A DNA stretch of 64,000 nt from Ranitomeya imitator (taxonomy: Eukaryota): contig NC_091282.1 in assembly GCF_032444005.1 (NCBI RefSeq), positions 419,926,001 to 419,990,000 of the forward strand. Reading direction: 5' to 3'. Position 1 is the stretch's first letter; every line of letters starts with the position of its first letter. Position numbers and translations under genes: made by a program. Positions 24,625-38,005 of the stretch are shown piece by piece. The notes under the pieces are model-generated. The model was not told the origin of the DNA. It saw only the letters and a program-made list of their open reading frames with translations, and ran no database searches.

Positions 24625-24822
24625 CTTCGGCACATGTGAGCTCCTGGCAGACCCCATCCACAGAATGGTAACCTTCCAAACATTTGACACATTGCGTGCT
24701 GCCTTTACAGGATTGACAGTTTTGAGGGCATGGTGCACATCTGTTGTCCTCAATGTAAAACGCCTCTGGGCAGCTTTCCCTGCATTCCCCTTTATACAGA
24801 TAGCGTGTTCTTCCAGTGATAT
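24625..24822 (-). CDS. PCSK5: PCSK5 coding exon (198 nt): (D)ITGRTRYLYKGECRESCPEAFYIEDNRCAPCPQNCQSCKGSTQCVKCLEGYHSVDGVCQELTCAE(G)
   Basis: Acceptor ttttcttttaaaAG (24824-24823), donor GT at 24624, open frame, furin-like Cys repeat. Matches recalled human ..HFLYQGECGDSCPE..CQKLECGQG. Confidence 0.93.
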
Positions 24823-25406
24823 CTTTTAAAAGAAAATGAATGATAAAAATCTGCTGTTACCATCTGTCCAAGGTATTTTTTATGTTTCTTTATGTATACA
24901 GTGGCTTGCAAAAGTATTCACCCACTTTTACCTATTTTGTCACATTACAACCTGTGTTTAAATATTTTTGTAATCCCATCTGTGTGTGATACATCAGCAC
25001 TGAATAGGCTAAGTTGGTGAAGTAAAGTGAGAAAAATATAAGCATAAATTAAATTTATGGGCTCAAATAACTAAAAATTGGCATGTACATATGTATTCGT
25101 CCCTTTTGCTAGGAAGCTACTAAACATTTCTGGTGCAAGCAATTACCTTCATAAGTTACATATTTAATGAAAGGAAGTCCACCTGTGTGCAATCTAAGAG
25201 TCACATGGTCTGTCAGTATATACACACCTTTTCTGAAAGGCCTTAGAGGCCATTAACACCACCATGAAGACCAAGGAGATCTCCAAACAAGTCAGGGGCA
25301 AAGTTCTTTAAGTACAAGTCTGGGTTGGGTTATAAAAAATATCTCAATTTCTGATGATCCCCTGGAGCACCATCAAAGACATTTTGATCAAATGGAAAGA
25401 ACATGA

Positions 25407-26513
25407 TGTTAAGGCTGGCGGAACGCACCGAGTAAATATATGAGTTGTTATAGGTGCGTTCGCAGCCTGGGGTCCACCGTGCAGGAGAGAAGCCTGCTGC
25501 TAGAGAAATGGCGGCCCTATATGGCAGTACAATGTCAGATTAGACGCAAGTTCTGTCACTCGGTCAGTATCAGCACGAACCCTGTTGCTGGATGTACCGT
25601 TGTAGACACTGATTGTCCGCCATTTACTAGCCAGACCCTGGCGCTAGTATTCTGTTACTGTTGGCGGAAAACACTGAATAAATATATGAGTGCAGCCCGG
25701 GGTCCACCGTGCAGGAGAGAGGCCTGCTGCTAGAGAATTGGTGGCCCTATATGGCGGTACAATGTCAGATTAGACGCGAGTTCCGTCACTCGGTCAGTAT
25801 CAGCATGAACCCTGTTGCTTCACAGAGTCGTGAAATAATTAGTGGGACTAAAACCCTAACTAGGGTTGTGCTTGCTCTGAAACTCTTCTGTGCTAACCGC
25901 ACACATGAAGGAACCAGATGCTAAGCCAAGCGACTAATTGCCCCCTCTGACGCTAGCTGCCTGCCTATGTGATTTCCCACGGCTAACGGACACTCTTCAC
26001 GTGTAGCCTGAGTAGCAGAGTATTACTGGTGACAAGCACAAAACACAAATGATACTAGTGCATGGCCGCACAATCCTTTTATAGCTGCAGCAACTTCAGG
26101 ACCTTCCCAGAGGAACAATGGGAGCTGCTACAGGACCTGAACATGTGACCCCCGACCTCCAATGAGAGGTCCTCCCTTGGGCATGCTCAGAAGGGGAAAA
26201 GCAGGACGTCCCAGAGACGTCTGCCCGCCGCTGACCAGTACTGGCTACAATGGCTGAACCTGGAAGAGCAGCAGTAACCAAGTGCAGAGTATCTGCCCTA
26301 GCCAGACGCTGGGACCGACGTCTAATAATAATAATAATAATAATCTTTATTTATATAGCGCCAACATATTCCGCAGCGCTTTACATTTTAACAGTTTCAC
26401 AACACAACAGTCTCCGCTGAGCACACTCCACTGCGGCTGGAGAAGAATGGGGAACCGCAGCGGTGGTGGTTCGAGATTCCCCCTGTGCAGCGGCGGGAAC
26501 TCAATACCTAACA
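25407..26513. mobile_element. Solo LTR of a different Gypsy-type family, with an internal ~140-bp duplication
   Basis: TGTTA...TAACA termini and a 5-bp TSD CATGA/CATGG (1 mismatch). 25432-25590 is repeated at 25679-25819. Confidence 0.85.
26324..26409 (-). mobile_element. 5'-truncated L2-type 3' tail inserted in the solo LTR
   Basis: Minus strand ...GTAAAGCGCTGCGGAATATGTTGGCGCTATATAAATAAAG(ATT)n. GTCT on both flanks. Confidence 0.8.
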
Positions 26514-29500
26514 CATGGTACCACAACAAACCTGCCATGAGAGGGTCACCCACCAAACCACTCAGCCCGGGCCAGGAAGGCATTAATCAGAGTGGCAGCA
26601 AAGAGACCAATGGTAACCCTGAAGGAGCTGCAGAGTTCACAAGCAAAGACTTGGAGTATCTGTCCATACGACCACAATAAGTCGTACACTCCATAGAGGT
26701 TGCTTTAAAAGAAGAGTGGGCAGAAAAAAAGCCTTTGTTTATACACAAAAAATTGGAAGGCTCATTTTGAGTTTGCCAAAAGACATCTGGGAGACTCCAC
26801 AAATGTATGGAATGTGCTATGGTCAGATGAGATCAAAATTTAACTTTTTAACCACCAAGGTAAAAAGGTAAACACTGTGTCCGGCGCCAAACCAACACAG
26901 CCCAAGAACACCATCCCCACAGTGAAACATGGTGGTGGCAGAATCATGCTGTGGTGATGTTTTTTGGCAGCAGACACAGGGAAAATTATCCGAGTAAAGG
27001 GGAAGATTGATGGTGCGAAATACAGGATATTCTTGAGCAAAACCTGTTGGGCTGTCAATGATTTGAGACTGAGAGGGAAGACAATGACTAAAAGCATACT
27101 GCTAAAGCAACACAGTGGTTTAAGGGGAAATGTGAAAATGTTTTGGAGTGGCCTAGTCAAAGCCCAGACTGTAATCCAATTAAGAATCTGTGGTCAGACT
27201 TGATGATTGCTGTTCACCAGACTAAACCATGTAACTTGAAGGTGCTGGAGCAGTTTTGCCTTGAGGAATGGACAAAACTTTCCCAGTGAAAAGATGTGGA
27301 AAGCTCATAGAAACTTATCCAAAGTGACTTTCAGCTGTAATTTAATGTAAAAGGAGGCTTGACAAAATACTAATGTTAGGGGGGTGAATAGTTATGCACA
27401 CTGAGGTTTTCAGTTATTTTGTCCTATTTGTTGTTTGCTTTACAATAAAAGGAAAACAAATGTTCACAATTGTAGGCATGTTCTTTACAGGAGCTGAGGT
27501 AGCAAAATACAGAAACTGCCTGAGTGGGGTGGGAGTGAATACTTTTGCAAGCCACTGTATATAAAAAATAATTTGCTTATATTAAGTCACGTCTGGTAAA
27601 TATCACTGCTTTGGTATAACAATACTAATTAGGTCAATATGTTTACATGTCTCTATTATTATCATCATCTTCTTCATCATCAAAGATCTGCTTTACCAAT
27701 AAAAGACAGGGCAAAATGACTCATCTAAGAACCGCAAGTAGTAGAATCGTTACCCAAAATACTTATTTCATTCCTGATTGGCAGCATGGTGGCTGACCAC
27801 CCATAGCTGAAAGAATATTGTACATGTTCTCTACGTGAAAAGAATTCTGTCTCTTTAATTACGTGTCTGTGTGGTCTGTTTCTTTCTTATATAAGATTTC
27901 AAGGGTCACATATGGTCCTTATGGCACTAGCTCAACTTCTATAAGGAGCCAACTATTTGTATTATTTTGTGAATTTCTTTTAAACAATTATTTGATACCT
28001 GGAACCTTGAAAGATGTATTCAGATGTCATGAAATGTCACTGTTTTTAATGTAGATTCTGCAGTACAATATGTGTGAATGAGGTTTTCACAAATAGTGGT
28101 AAAAAAAAATCTATGTAGACAAAAGAGCAGGGCAGAGATCCACAGTTATCTAATATCTACTAAAATTGGAAACTTTGTTTTCTATTCTGTAGTTACACCA
28201 CAGTCCAGATGGTGGCGCTGTTGTAGCATTACTTACCCAGTAAGCTGCAGATCTGAAAATGCAGTGATAAACTCATTCTACCCTTGTTCCAGCATCCTGT
28301 AGGTGCACCAGACCTCCCGGCTCTATATACGTATATCTACGGTATATGCTCTATAATCAGAAGCTAAGTTCTCCTCGTTAATTGTATGGACAAACATCAA
28401 AATAATATTAAAGAACCTTTTTTTGCTGTTTTCTTTTCAGTTTACTAAATGAATCCACAAGAATGAGAAAACTTTTTGCACAAGTGTTGCCAATTTCACT
28501 TCGGCAGTAACAGAACATTTATCATCTAACGTGCCAGGTTTCTGAACACGAAAAAAACACGACCGTCAGGCTGAGAACTATACTGTGAGATGGAAGACTT
28601 TTACATTCCATCTCGTCGATAGATTGTAGTTTACAGCAGCAAAGAAGGAAAGATGTATAGATCCATTGTGTAACATAATGATATGGTGAATGCTGGAAAA
28701 GGTTTCTATTAATTACCAATTCACCTTCTCACTTGGTTACTATTGATGCGGTCCACTATATTATGAAGACTTTACTACAAAATCAATTTTCATTGGAAGC
28801 ATAGTTCGGTCTTCTTGGCTATAGAGATTGCAAGGGCTGCTCTAAACTGTTTGAATCACTGGGTCCAACCACCTTCAGTGCCCTTGCTCCATGCTAAGGT
28901 GAAGCTGCCTCTGCTTGAGCATCAGTGAGCACATAGTCTGGACCAATGGCTCTACCGTGCCGCTGGAGTCAACTGTCAGTCATCGGGAGCACACTACTCT
29001 CAACAAGCACAATACCAGGAGGCACAGGAGCAGTGTGCTCCTGCAGCTACTACAACCCCTATAAAGGGAGACTGTCTGAACCCATCCACATGTGTGTGTT
29101 TACACACTGGAGCTGACTGACTGGACCTAGCACATAATCACTGATGGTATGTGCACAGAATGCGGGGGTTCTCTCGGTGGACACCACTCACTACACCCGG
29201 GAATTTGGTGAGCGGTGTCCGCAGAGAGGAGCCAAGGAATAAAATACACCTGGCAGTGTCAGTGTGCATGGGTACACATGATGGCTAAGTTCAGACAGTG
29301 CTCCCTCTGGGAAATGAGCAGGGTCAATCAGAATTAGATGAAGGCCCTCAACATGGAAAATGAATAGGCGTCATGGTGGACCGAACTCTTGACCATACCA
29401 AGTGTGCACCGAAATTAAAAGTGTTTATCTTATGCCAACAAGGGCTTGTTCACATGTAATGTAGAAAAAATGCAGTATTTTAAAGCAGCAGCAAAATGTA

Positions 29501-30999
29501 TGAGATTTTTTTTCCTTTCATTTTTTTTCATCTTGGGTGCGCTTTTTTTTTTTAGCTGCAGCGTGACAAATCTTTCAGCAAATTTTGATTTGTTTTTTTT
29601 ACCCATCCAATTTAATGCATAAAAAGTGCATAAAAAAACTGCATTAAAAATGCACATTTTGTATTGTTTTTCACAGCATTTTTCATAGGGAAAAAAACTG
29701 CAAAAAAAGCACTGTGCGAACTTCCCCCTAACAAGTATGGTATGGTTTTTATAGGCGCTACTTCCCCTAAACCGCTGTATAAATAATTTAATATTGATTT
29801 TGTGGGTGATAGACTCCTTTTAAACTGTCACAATTACAATTAGCACAATTACCTCACTAGGGCCTAGGCCAGTCTCAGAACCCATGTGATATCAGTAGTA
29901 GAATTACATCTCAGGAGTATCACCTTAAGCGCCACCCAATAAGTGGGCCACACATACGGCGTCAAGAGGACCATCTGCTGACTACTTGATGATTCTGGAA
30001 TTCTAGGCTCATGAAATATTCCATTCCAGGCTTTCACAAAAACATTGGTTAGTTAGAAGAATGGATCTGAATATTATTCCAAAGTCAAATCAATGTATGC
30101 ATCAAAGACCAAAAGACCTCACATTTCATTGAATAATGGATGTTTTTTAATTAATTTCTAGTAAATCTTTTCATAGCAATAAGCTGCTTTTTAATCCTAG
30201 TTTGTATATTGTCCTTAGAGTCACTGCTGATCTAACACCTTGCAGTGTTGAACAATAATCAGGGAGGGTTCACATATATTCGCTGGATCAGACTAGCTTA
30301 ATTATAACTCACCAGGTTACAACTGATGGCAAAACCGATGCAAAAATACCATCAAGCTTTTTTCACCATTTACTCGAGTCCCAGGTATTGATTCTGGGTC
30401 GGTTCCCAATATTACATAAAGTGTGATTAGGCTACTGGACTAGTGGCTGCTGCAGTTCAGCAAAAAACTGATGAGCCAGACAGGTGGGAAGGATCTCACT
30501 GTTATCAATGGGATTAGTTCCTCCATCAGTTTCCATAAAAAGTTTTTTGCGTTTGTTAAAAGCTGGATGGAAACAATGACGCAGCACTTTCTCAAATGAA
30601 AACTCAGCCTTAGTCCAAATTAACATAATACATAGCAACTCACAATGCTTATACTCCCACAATTAAACACATACCAGCCTAATCAATGTTTTGTTAGGAT
30701 AAGCAATAAATAATTGAATATTGCCTTCTAGCCCAATCATTTTCAATAATCAGGCCACTGGGTGGGTCAGTTTGGCATGCACTTCACATATTTCATGGAA
30801 GCGCTCACATGCTTATGACATTAATCATCATGAAAGTACATTAATATTTATATTGAATTTGACAGTATGTCCTGGAGCTATCAGGATATTATGGTAATTA
30901 ACCAATAAGGTGTGCTTTTCCATGCAAACAACAAGTAAAAGGTCTTCAAAAAATGATTTTAGGGTACAGATCTGTATATATAAAGGTGTTAATCCTTAT

Positions 31000-31880
31000 T
31001 GGTGTTTTCTATCTATCATTCAGATGTTTTAGGAGGTCAGATTGGTGCAGGTTCAGGAGCTGGCCCTCCATCAATGTCCTTATGAAAGGGGTACTTTTAC
31101 TTTTCTAAAGCATCATTAACATCTGTCAGAATGTCGCTTAGATTAGGGTCTGAGAGCTGGTCAGTCCACTAAAAACTGAAAGAAAAGTTCTCTCGACTTT
31201 TTTAATACATTGTTTATACTTGTTAGAGGGATACATTAGTGTACGGAGGAGCTGGCATATCCAAAAAAAATCTTCTAAAAAAAGATTTGGGCACGTTTGT
31301 AATTCAGAATTCAGACCTGAAGCTGACATTGTCAGAAGCTCTAATTGTAGATCTTGCAGTACCTCCACTAATGTCATAAATGAAGAGGTCCTGGCACTTT
31401 TCTAACTTGACAAACAAATTAGCAGAGGCAAAAATAGGAGGGGAAAATTGGACAATTGGCAGGAGTCTTGTCAGGATCCCAAGTGCTCGACCTTTGGTCT
31501 TTTGCTCCAGAAAAAGGATAATGCCACCTTTAACTGTTTCCGCTATTATGGTTTTTTCCAGCTATTCTCTTGTCCAAAGGCTGCAGTAGGCCTAAGACCT
31601 TTAAGATGTTAGGATTTCACAGAAGCAATGACCTCACTCCATTGTCCACTCATCATGGAATCTGGGTACAATGAGTTGTATTATTGGGGGAGAAAAAGAG
31701 CCACTATCTGGTATTAGTGGACATTCTTTGCTATTAGGAACAACTATTCTCTATTCAATGGTCTAGAGGTCGACATTTTTAAAGTGTGGAAGAACAAAGT
31801 ATGTTGTTTTTAGCTTTTTGGGGGTCAGAAACATTTTTATCTTTTTAACAATAATATTTCCTTTGTGCCTGTAAACAGTG
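31000..31880 (-). pseudogene. Possible highly decayed L1/Tx1 ORF2 C-terminal fragment
   Basis: Only a FFWICQLL motif resembling the LINE-1 H.FW.C motif. Heavily disrupted. Confidence 0.3.
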
Positions 31881-32696
31881 CTAACAACCCTGTTGTGAAT
31901 TCTGTGGCAGAGTTCACTCCTGTGGTCACAAGTGGTACTTCGGCTGATTCTCTCTGGGAGCTTCCGTTTGAGGAGGAAAGTGGTACTGCAGCTTCTGAGT
32001 TTCCTCCCTCAGGTGATCTGGTGAGGTCGTTAGCTGCTTCTCTACTTAACTCCACCTGATGCTTTGATCCATGCTTCCTGTCAATGTTCCAGTGTTGGAC
32101 TTGTGTTTCTCTGGATCATTCCTGTGGCCTGCTGCTCTGCATAGCTAAGTGCTTCTTTGCTATTTGTTGCTATTTTTTCTGTCCAGCTTGTCTATTTGTT
32201 TTGCTGGAAGCTCTGGGACGCAAAGGGTGTACCTCCGTGCCGTTAGTTCGGTACGTAGGGTCTTTTTGCCCCCTTTGCGTGGTTTTCTTTAGGGTTTTGT
32301 GTAGACCGCAAAGTTATCTTTCCTATCCTCGTTCTGTCTAGAATATCGGGCCTCACTTTGCTGAATCTATTTCATCCCTACGTTTGTCTTTTCATCTTAC
32401 TCACAGTCATTATATGTGGGGGGCTGCCTTTTCCTTTGGGGTATTTCTCTGAGGCAAGGTAGGCTTATTTTTCTATCTTCAGGCTAGTTAGTTTCTCAGG
32501 CTGTGCCGAGTTGTATAGGGAGCGTTAGGCGCAATCTACAGCTGCCTCTAGTTGTGTTTGGAGAGGATCAGGAATTGAGGTTTACAGAGTTTCCACGTCT
32601 CAGAGCTCGTTCTATTATTTTTGGGTTATTGTCAGATCACTGTATGTGCTCTGATCGCTATGTACATTGTGTTACTGAATTGTCTATCACAACAGT

Positions 32697-32705
32697 ACAG
32701 GAAGC
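32697..32705 (+). promoter_or_regulatory. Self-priming-type primer binding site (ACAGGAAGC)
   Basis: No TGG tRNA PBS after the LTR. This 9-mer is exactly complementary to GCTTCCTGT at 32073-32081, 24 nt downstream of TATA-like TACTTAA (32043-32049). Confidence 0.7.
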
Positions 32706-32828
32706 CAAAGTACTAATGATTCTCAATAGAGGGAAAAAGAAGTTCTGAGACCATTTTTTTTCCTTTGCACTGTGATTTGTCTTTTTTTTCCCCTAGACAT
32801 TTGGGTGGTTCAGGACACAGGTGTTACA

Positions 32829-35800
32829 ATGGACATTAAAGGTCTGTCTTCATGTGTAGATCAGCTCACGGCAAGAGTTCAAGATATTCAAAATTTTGTG
32901 GTTCAGAATTCTTTGTTAGAACCTAGAATTCCTATTCCAGATTTGTTTTTTGGAGATAGAACTACATTTCTGAGTTTCAAGAATAATTGTAAACTGTTTC
33001 TGGCTTTGAAACCTCGCTCCTCTGGTGACCCAGCGCAACAGGTTTGGATCGTCATTTTTTTTTTGCGCGGCGACCCTCAGGACTGGGCGTTTTCTCTTGC
33101 GTCAGGAGATCCTGCATTGAGTGATATCGATGCGTTTTTCCTGGCGCTTGGATTGCTGTACGATGAGCCTAATTCAGTAGATCAGGCAGAAAAGAATTTG
33201 CTGGCTCTTTGTCAGGCTCAGGATGAGATAGAGCTATATTGCCAGAAATTTAGAAAATGGTCCGTGCTCACTCAATGGAATGAATCTGCGCTTGCAGCCA
33301 TTTTCAGAAAGGGTCTCTCTGAAGCCATTAAGGATGTCATGGTGGGATTTCCTATGCCCGCTGGTTTGAATGAGTCTATGTCTTTGGCCATTCAGATCGG
33401 TCGACGCTTGCGTGAGCGTAAATCTGTGCACCATTTGGCGGTATTACCTGATATTAAACCTGAGCCTATGCAGTGCGATAGGACTATGACCAGAGTTGAA
33501 CGGCAAGAACACAGACGTCTGAATGGGCTGTGTTTCTACTGTGGTGATTCCACTCATGCTATCTCTGATTGTCCTAAGCGCACTAAGCGGTTCGCTAGGT
33601 CTGCCACCATTGGTACTGTACAGTCAAAATTTCTTCTGTCCGTTATCTTGATATGCTCCTTGTCGTCGTATTCTGTCATGGCGTTTGTGGATTCAGGCGC
33701 TGCCCTGAATTTGATGGACTTGGATTATGCTAAACGTTGTGGGTTTTTATTGGAGCCCTTGCAGTGTCCTATTCCATTGAGAGGAATTGATGCTACACCT
33801 TTGGCCAAGAATAAGCCTCAATACTGGACCCAGCTGACCATGTGCATGGCTCCTGCACATCAGGAGGTTATTCGCTTTCTGGTGTTGCATAATCTGCATG
33901 ATGTGGTCGTGTTGGGGTTGCCATGGCTACAAGCCCATAATCCAGTATTGGATTGGAATTCCATGTTGGTGTCCAGCTGGGGTTGTTAGGGGGTACATGG
34001 TGATGTTCCATTTCTGTCAATTTCGTCATCCACCCCTTCTGAGGTTCCAGAGTTCTTATCTGATTACCGGGATGTATTTGATGAGCCCAAGTCCGATGCC
34101 CTGCCTCCGCATAGGGATTGTGATTGTGCTATCAATTTGATTCCTGGTAGTAAATTCCCAAAAGGTCGACTGTTTAATTTATCCGTGCCTGAGCACACCG
34201 CTATGCGCAGTTATGTGAAGGAATCCCTGGAGAAGGGGCATATTCACCCGTCATCGTCGCCATTAGGAGCAGGGTTCTTTTTTGTAGCCAAGAAGGATGG
34301 TTCGCTGAGACCGTGTATAGATTACCGGCTTCTTAATAAGATCACTGTTAAATTTCAGTACCCCTTGCCATTGTTATCTGATTTGTTTGCTCGGATTCAG
34401 GGGGGCTAGTTGGTTCACTAAGATAGATCTTCGTGGTGCGTATAATCTGGTGAGAATCAGGCAAGGCGATGAATGGAAAACTGCATTTAATACGCCCGAG
34501 GGTTATTTTGAGTATCTAGTGATGCCGTTCGGACTTGCCAATGCTCCATCAGTGTTTCAATCCTTTATGCATGACATCTTCCGTGAGTACCTGGATAAAT
34601 TCCTGATTGTGTACTTGGATGACATTTTGATCTTCTCGGATGATTGGGAGTCTCATGTGAAGCAGGTCAGAACGGTTTTTCAGGTCCTGCGTGCTAATTC
34701 TTTGTTTGTGAAGGGATCAAAGTGTCTCTTTGGTGTGCAGAAGGTTTCATTTTTGGGGTTCATCTTTTCCCCTTCTACTATCGAGATGGATCCGGTTAAG
34801 GTCCAAGCCATCCATGATTGGACTCAGCCGACATCTCTGAAAAGTCTGCAAAAGTTCCTGGGCTTTGCTAATTTTTATCGTCGCTTCATCTGCAATTTTT
34901 CTAGTGTTGCCAAACCATTGACCGATTTGACCAAGAAGGGTGCTGATTTGGTCAATTGGTCTTCTGCTGCTGTGGAATCTTTTCAAGAGTTGAAGCGTCG
35001 TTTTTCTTCTGCCCCTGTGTTGTGTCAACCAGATGTTTCTCTTCCGTTCCAGGTCGAGGTTGATGCTTCTGAGATTGGAGCAGGTGCTGTTTTGTCACAG
35101 AGAGGTTCTGGTTGCTCAGTGATGAAACCATGCGCTTTCTTTTCCAGGAAGTTTTCGCCTGCTGAGCGAAATTATGATGTGGGCAACCGAGAGTTGCTGG
35201 CCATGAAGTGGGCATTTGAGGAGTGGCGTCATTGGCTTGAAGGAGCTAAGCATCGCGTGGTGGTATTGACTGATCATAAGAACTTGACTTATCTCGAGTC
35301 TGCCAAGCGCTTGAATCCTAGACAAGCTCGTTGGTCGTTGTTTTTTGCCCGTTTTGACTTTGTGATTTCGTACCTTCCGGGCTCTAAAAATGTGAAGGCG
35401 GATGCTCTGTCTAGGAGTTTTGTGCCCGACTCTCCGGGTTTATCTGAGCCGGCGGGTATCCTCAAGGAAGGAGTAATTGTGTCTGCCATCTCCCCTGATT
35501 TGCGGCGGGTGCTGCAAAAATTTCAGGCTAATAAACCTGATCGTTGCCCAGCGGAGAAACTGTTTGTCCCTGATAGGTGGACGAATAGAGTTATCTCTGA
35601 ACTTCATTGTTCGGTGTTGGCTGGTCATCCTGGAATCTTTGGTACCAGAGAGTTAGTGGCTAGATCCTTTTGGTGGCCCTCTCTGTCGCGGGATGTGCGT
35701 ACTTTTGTGCAGTCCTGTGGGATTTGTGCTCGGGCTAAGCCCTGCTGTTCTCGTGCCAGTGGGTTGCTTTTGCCCTTGCCGGTCCCGAAGAGGCCTTGGA

Positions 35801-37059
35801 CACATATCTCTATGGATTTTATTTCTGACCTTCCCGTTTCTCAAAAGATGTCAGTCATTTGGGTGGTCTGTGATCGCTTTTCTAAGATGGTCCATCTGGT
35901 ACCCTTGTCTAAATTGCCTTCCTCCTCTGATTTGGTGCCTTTGTTCTTCCAGCATGTGGTTCGTTTGCATGGCATTCCAGAGAATATTGTTTCTGACAGA
36001 GGTTCCCAGTTTGTTTCGAGGTTTTGGCGAGCCTTTTGTGGTAGGATGGGCATTGACTTATCTTTTTCCTCGGCTTTCCATCCTCAGACTAATGGCCAGA
36101 CCGAACGAACCAATCAGACCTTGGAAACATATCTGAGATGCTTTGTTTGTGCTGATCAGGATGACTGGGTGTCCTTTTTGCCTTTGGCTGAGTTCGCCCT
36201 TAATAATCGGGCCAGCTCGGCTACCTTGGTTTCGCCGTTTTTCTGCAATTCTGGGTTCCATCCTCGTTTTTCTTCAGGACAGGTTGAGTCTTCGGACTGT
36301 CCTGGTGTGGATACTGTGGTGGACAGGTTGCAGCAGATTTGGACTCAGGTAGTGGACAATTTGACCTTGTCCCAGGAGAAGGCTCAACTTTTCGCTAATC
36401 GCAGACGCCGTGTGGGTCCCCGTCCTCGTGTTGGGGATCTGGTTTGGTTATCTTCTCGTCATATTCCTATGAAGGTTTCCTCTCCTAAGTTTAAACCTCA
36501 TTTTATTGGTCCGTATAGGATTTCTGAGGTTCTTAATCCTGTGTCTTTTCGTCTGACCCTTCCAGATTCTTTATCCATACATAACGTATTCCATAGGTCA
36601 TTGTTGCGGAGATACGTGGCACCTATGGTCCCATCTGTTGAGCCTCCTGCCCCGGTTTTGGTGGAGGGGGAATTGGAGTATATTGTGGAGAAGATTTTGG
36701 ATTCTCGTGTTTCAAGACGGAAACTCCAGTATCTGGTTAAATGGAAGGGTTATGCTCAGGAAGATAATTCCTGGGTTTTTGCCTCTGATGTCCATGCTCC
36801 CGATCTTGTTCGTGCCTTTCATGTGGCTCATCCTGGTCGGCCTGGGGGCTCTGGTGAGGGTTCGGTGACCCCTCCTCAAGGGGGGGGTACTGTTGTGAAT
36901 TCTGTGGCAGAGTTCACTCCTGTGGTCACAAGTGGTACTTCGGCTGATTCTCTCTGGGAGCTTCTGTTTGTGGAGGAAAGTGGTACTGCAGCTTCTGAGT
37001 TTCCTCCCTCAGGTGATCTGGTGAGGTCGTTAGCTGCTTCTCTACTTAACTCCACCTGA
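32829..37059 (+). pseudogene. gag-pol polyprotein with one premature stop (TAG 33987-33989) and one extra G in the G-run at 34400-34405
   Basis: Gag EPRIPIPDLFFGDR (PEG10/RTL1-like), zinc knuckle CFYCGDSTHAISDC, protease FVDSGA, RT YLDD, RNase H DAS..G.GAVL, integrase H..GH..C..C with D(MDF)-D(SDRG)-E(QTER), chromodomain EYIVEKILDSR..QYLVKWKGY. The frame terminates inside the 3' LTR. Confidence 0.95.
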
Positions 37060-38005
37060 TGCTTTGATCCATGCTTCCTGTCAATGTTCCAGTGTTGGAC
37101 TTGTGTTTCTCTGGATCATTCCTGTGGCCTGCTGCTCTGCATAGCTAAGTGCTTCTTTGCTATTTGTTGCTATTTTTTCTGTCCAGCTTGTCTATTTGTT
37201 TTGCTGGAAGCTCTGGGACGCAAAGGGTGTACCTCCGTGCCGTTAGTTCGGTACGGAGGGTCTTTTTGCCCCCTTTGCGTGGTTTTCTTTAGAGTTTTGT
37301 GTAGACCGCAAAGTTATATTTCCTATCCTCGTTCTGTCTAGAATATCGGGCCTCACTTTGCTGAATCTATTTCATCCCTACGTTTGTCTTTTCATCTTAC
37401 TCACAGTCATTATATGTGGGGGGCTGCCTTTTCCTTTGGGGTATTTCTCTGAGGCAAGGTAGGCTTATTTTTCTATCTTCAGGCTAGTTAGTTTCTCAGG
37501 CTGTGCCGAGTTGCATAGGGAGCGTTAGGCGCAATCCACAGCTGCCTCTAGTTGTGTTTGGAGAGGATCAGGAATTGAGGTTTACAGAGTTTCCACGTCT
37601 CAGAGCTCGTTCTATTATTTTGGGGTTATTGTCAGATCACTGTATGTGCTCTGATCGCTATGTACATTGTGTTACTGAATTGTCTATCACAACACAACCC
37701 CACACAATAAAAATGTCAACCTTTATTATTTTTATGAGAGAATTGGGAGAACTATTAATTTGTTTGGTTCCCCAAAGGGTAGTTTTACTATTTAAGTGCA
37801 CAAATATGTTCATTGTTACTCTGTGGGGCAGAGCACTGAATGGAGTACTAATACTGTATGGAGTCTAGAATGAACAATATTACTGTTTTAGGATATAAAG
37901 GTAGGGAATCGATAGGCACCAGCATGCTAACTTCTGTTATTTGCCAGAAACAGCTGATAAGTAAACTTTTTTTCACTTGCGGTGCAATAGCCAACAGTAA
38001 TCATG

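Larger units (their letters stand above)
24899..27557 (+). mobile_element. Decayed Tc1 transposon (Passport-like N-terminus), split by a solo LTR
   Basis: TA|CAGTGGCTTGCAAAAGTATTCAC ... GTGAATACTTTTGCAAGCCACTG|TA. MKTKEISKQVRGKV at 25264. KWKEH|GTTTNLP is interrupted at 25406/26514. Confidence 0.9.
31891..37694 (+). mobile_element. Full-length Ty3/Gypsy chromovirus (Tf1/sushi-like) LTR retrotransposon, 5804 bp
   Basis: 804-bp LTRs (31891-32694, 36891-37694), TG...CA, about 8 substitutions by eye. TSD CAACCC. PPT AAGGGGGGGG(TAC) at ~36878-36890. Domain order gag-PR-RT-RH-IN-CHD. Confidence 0.97.
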
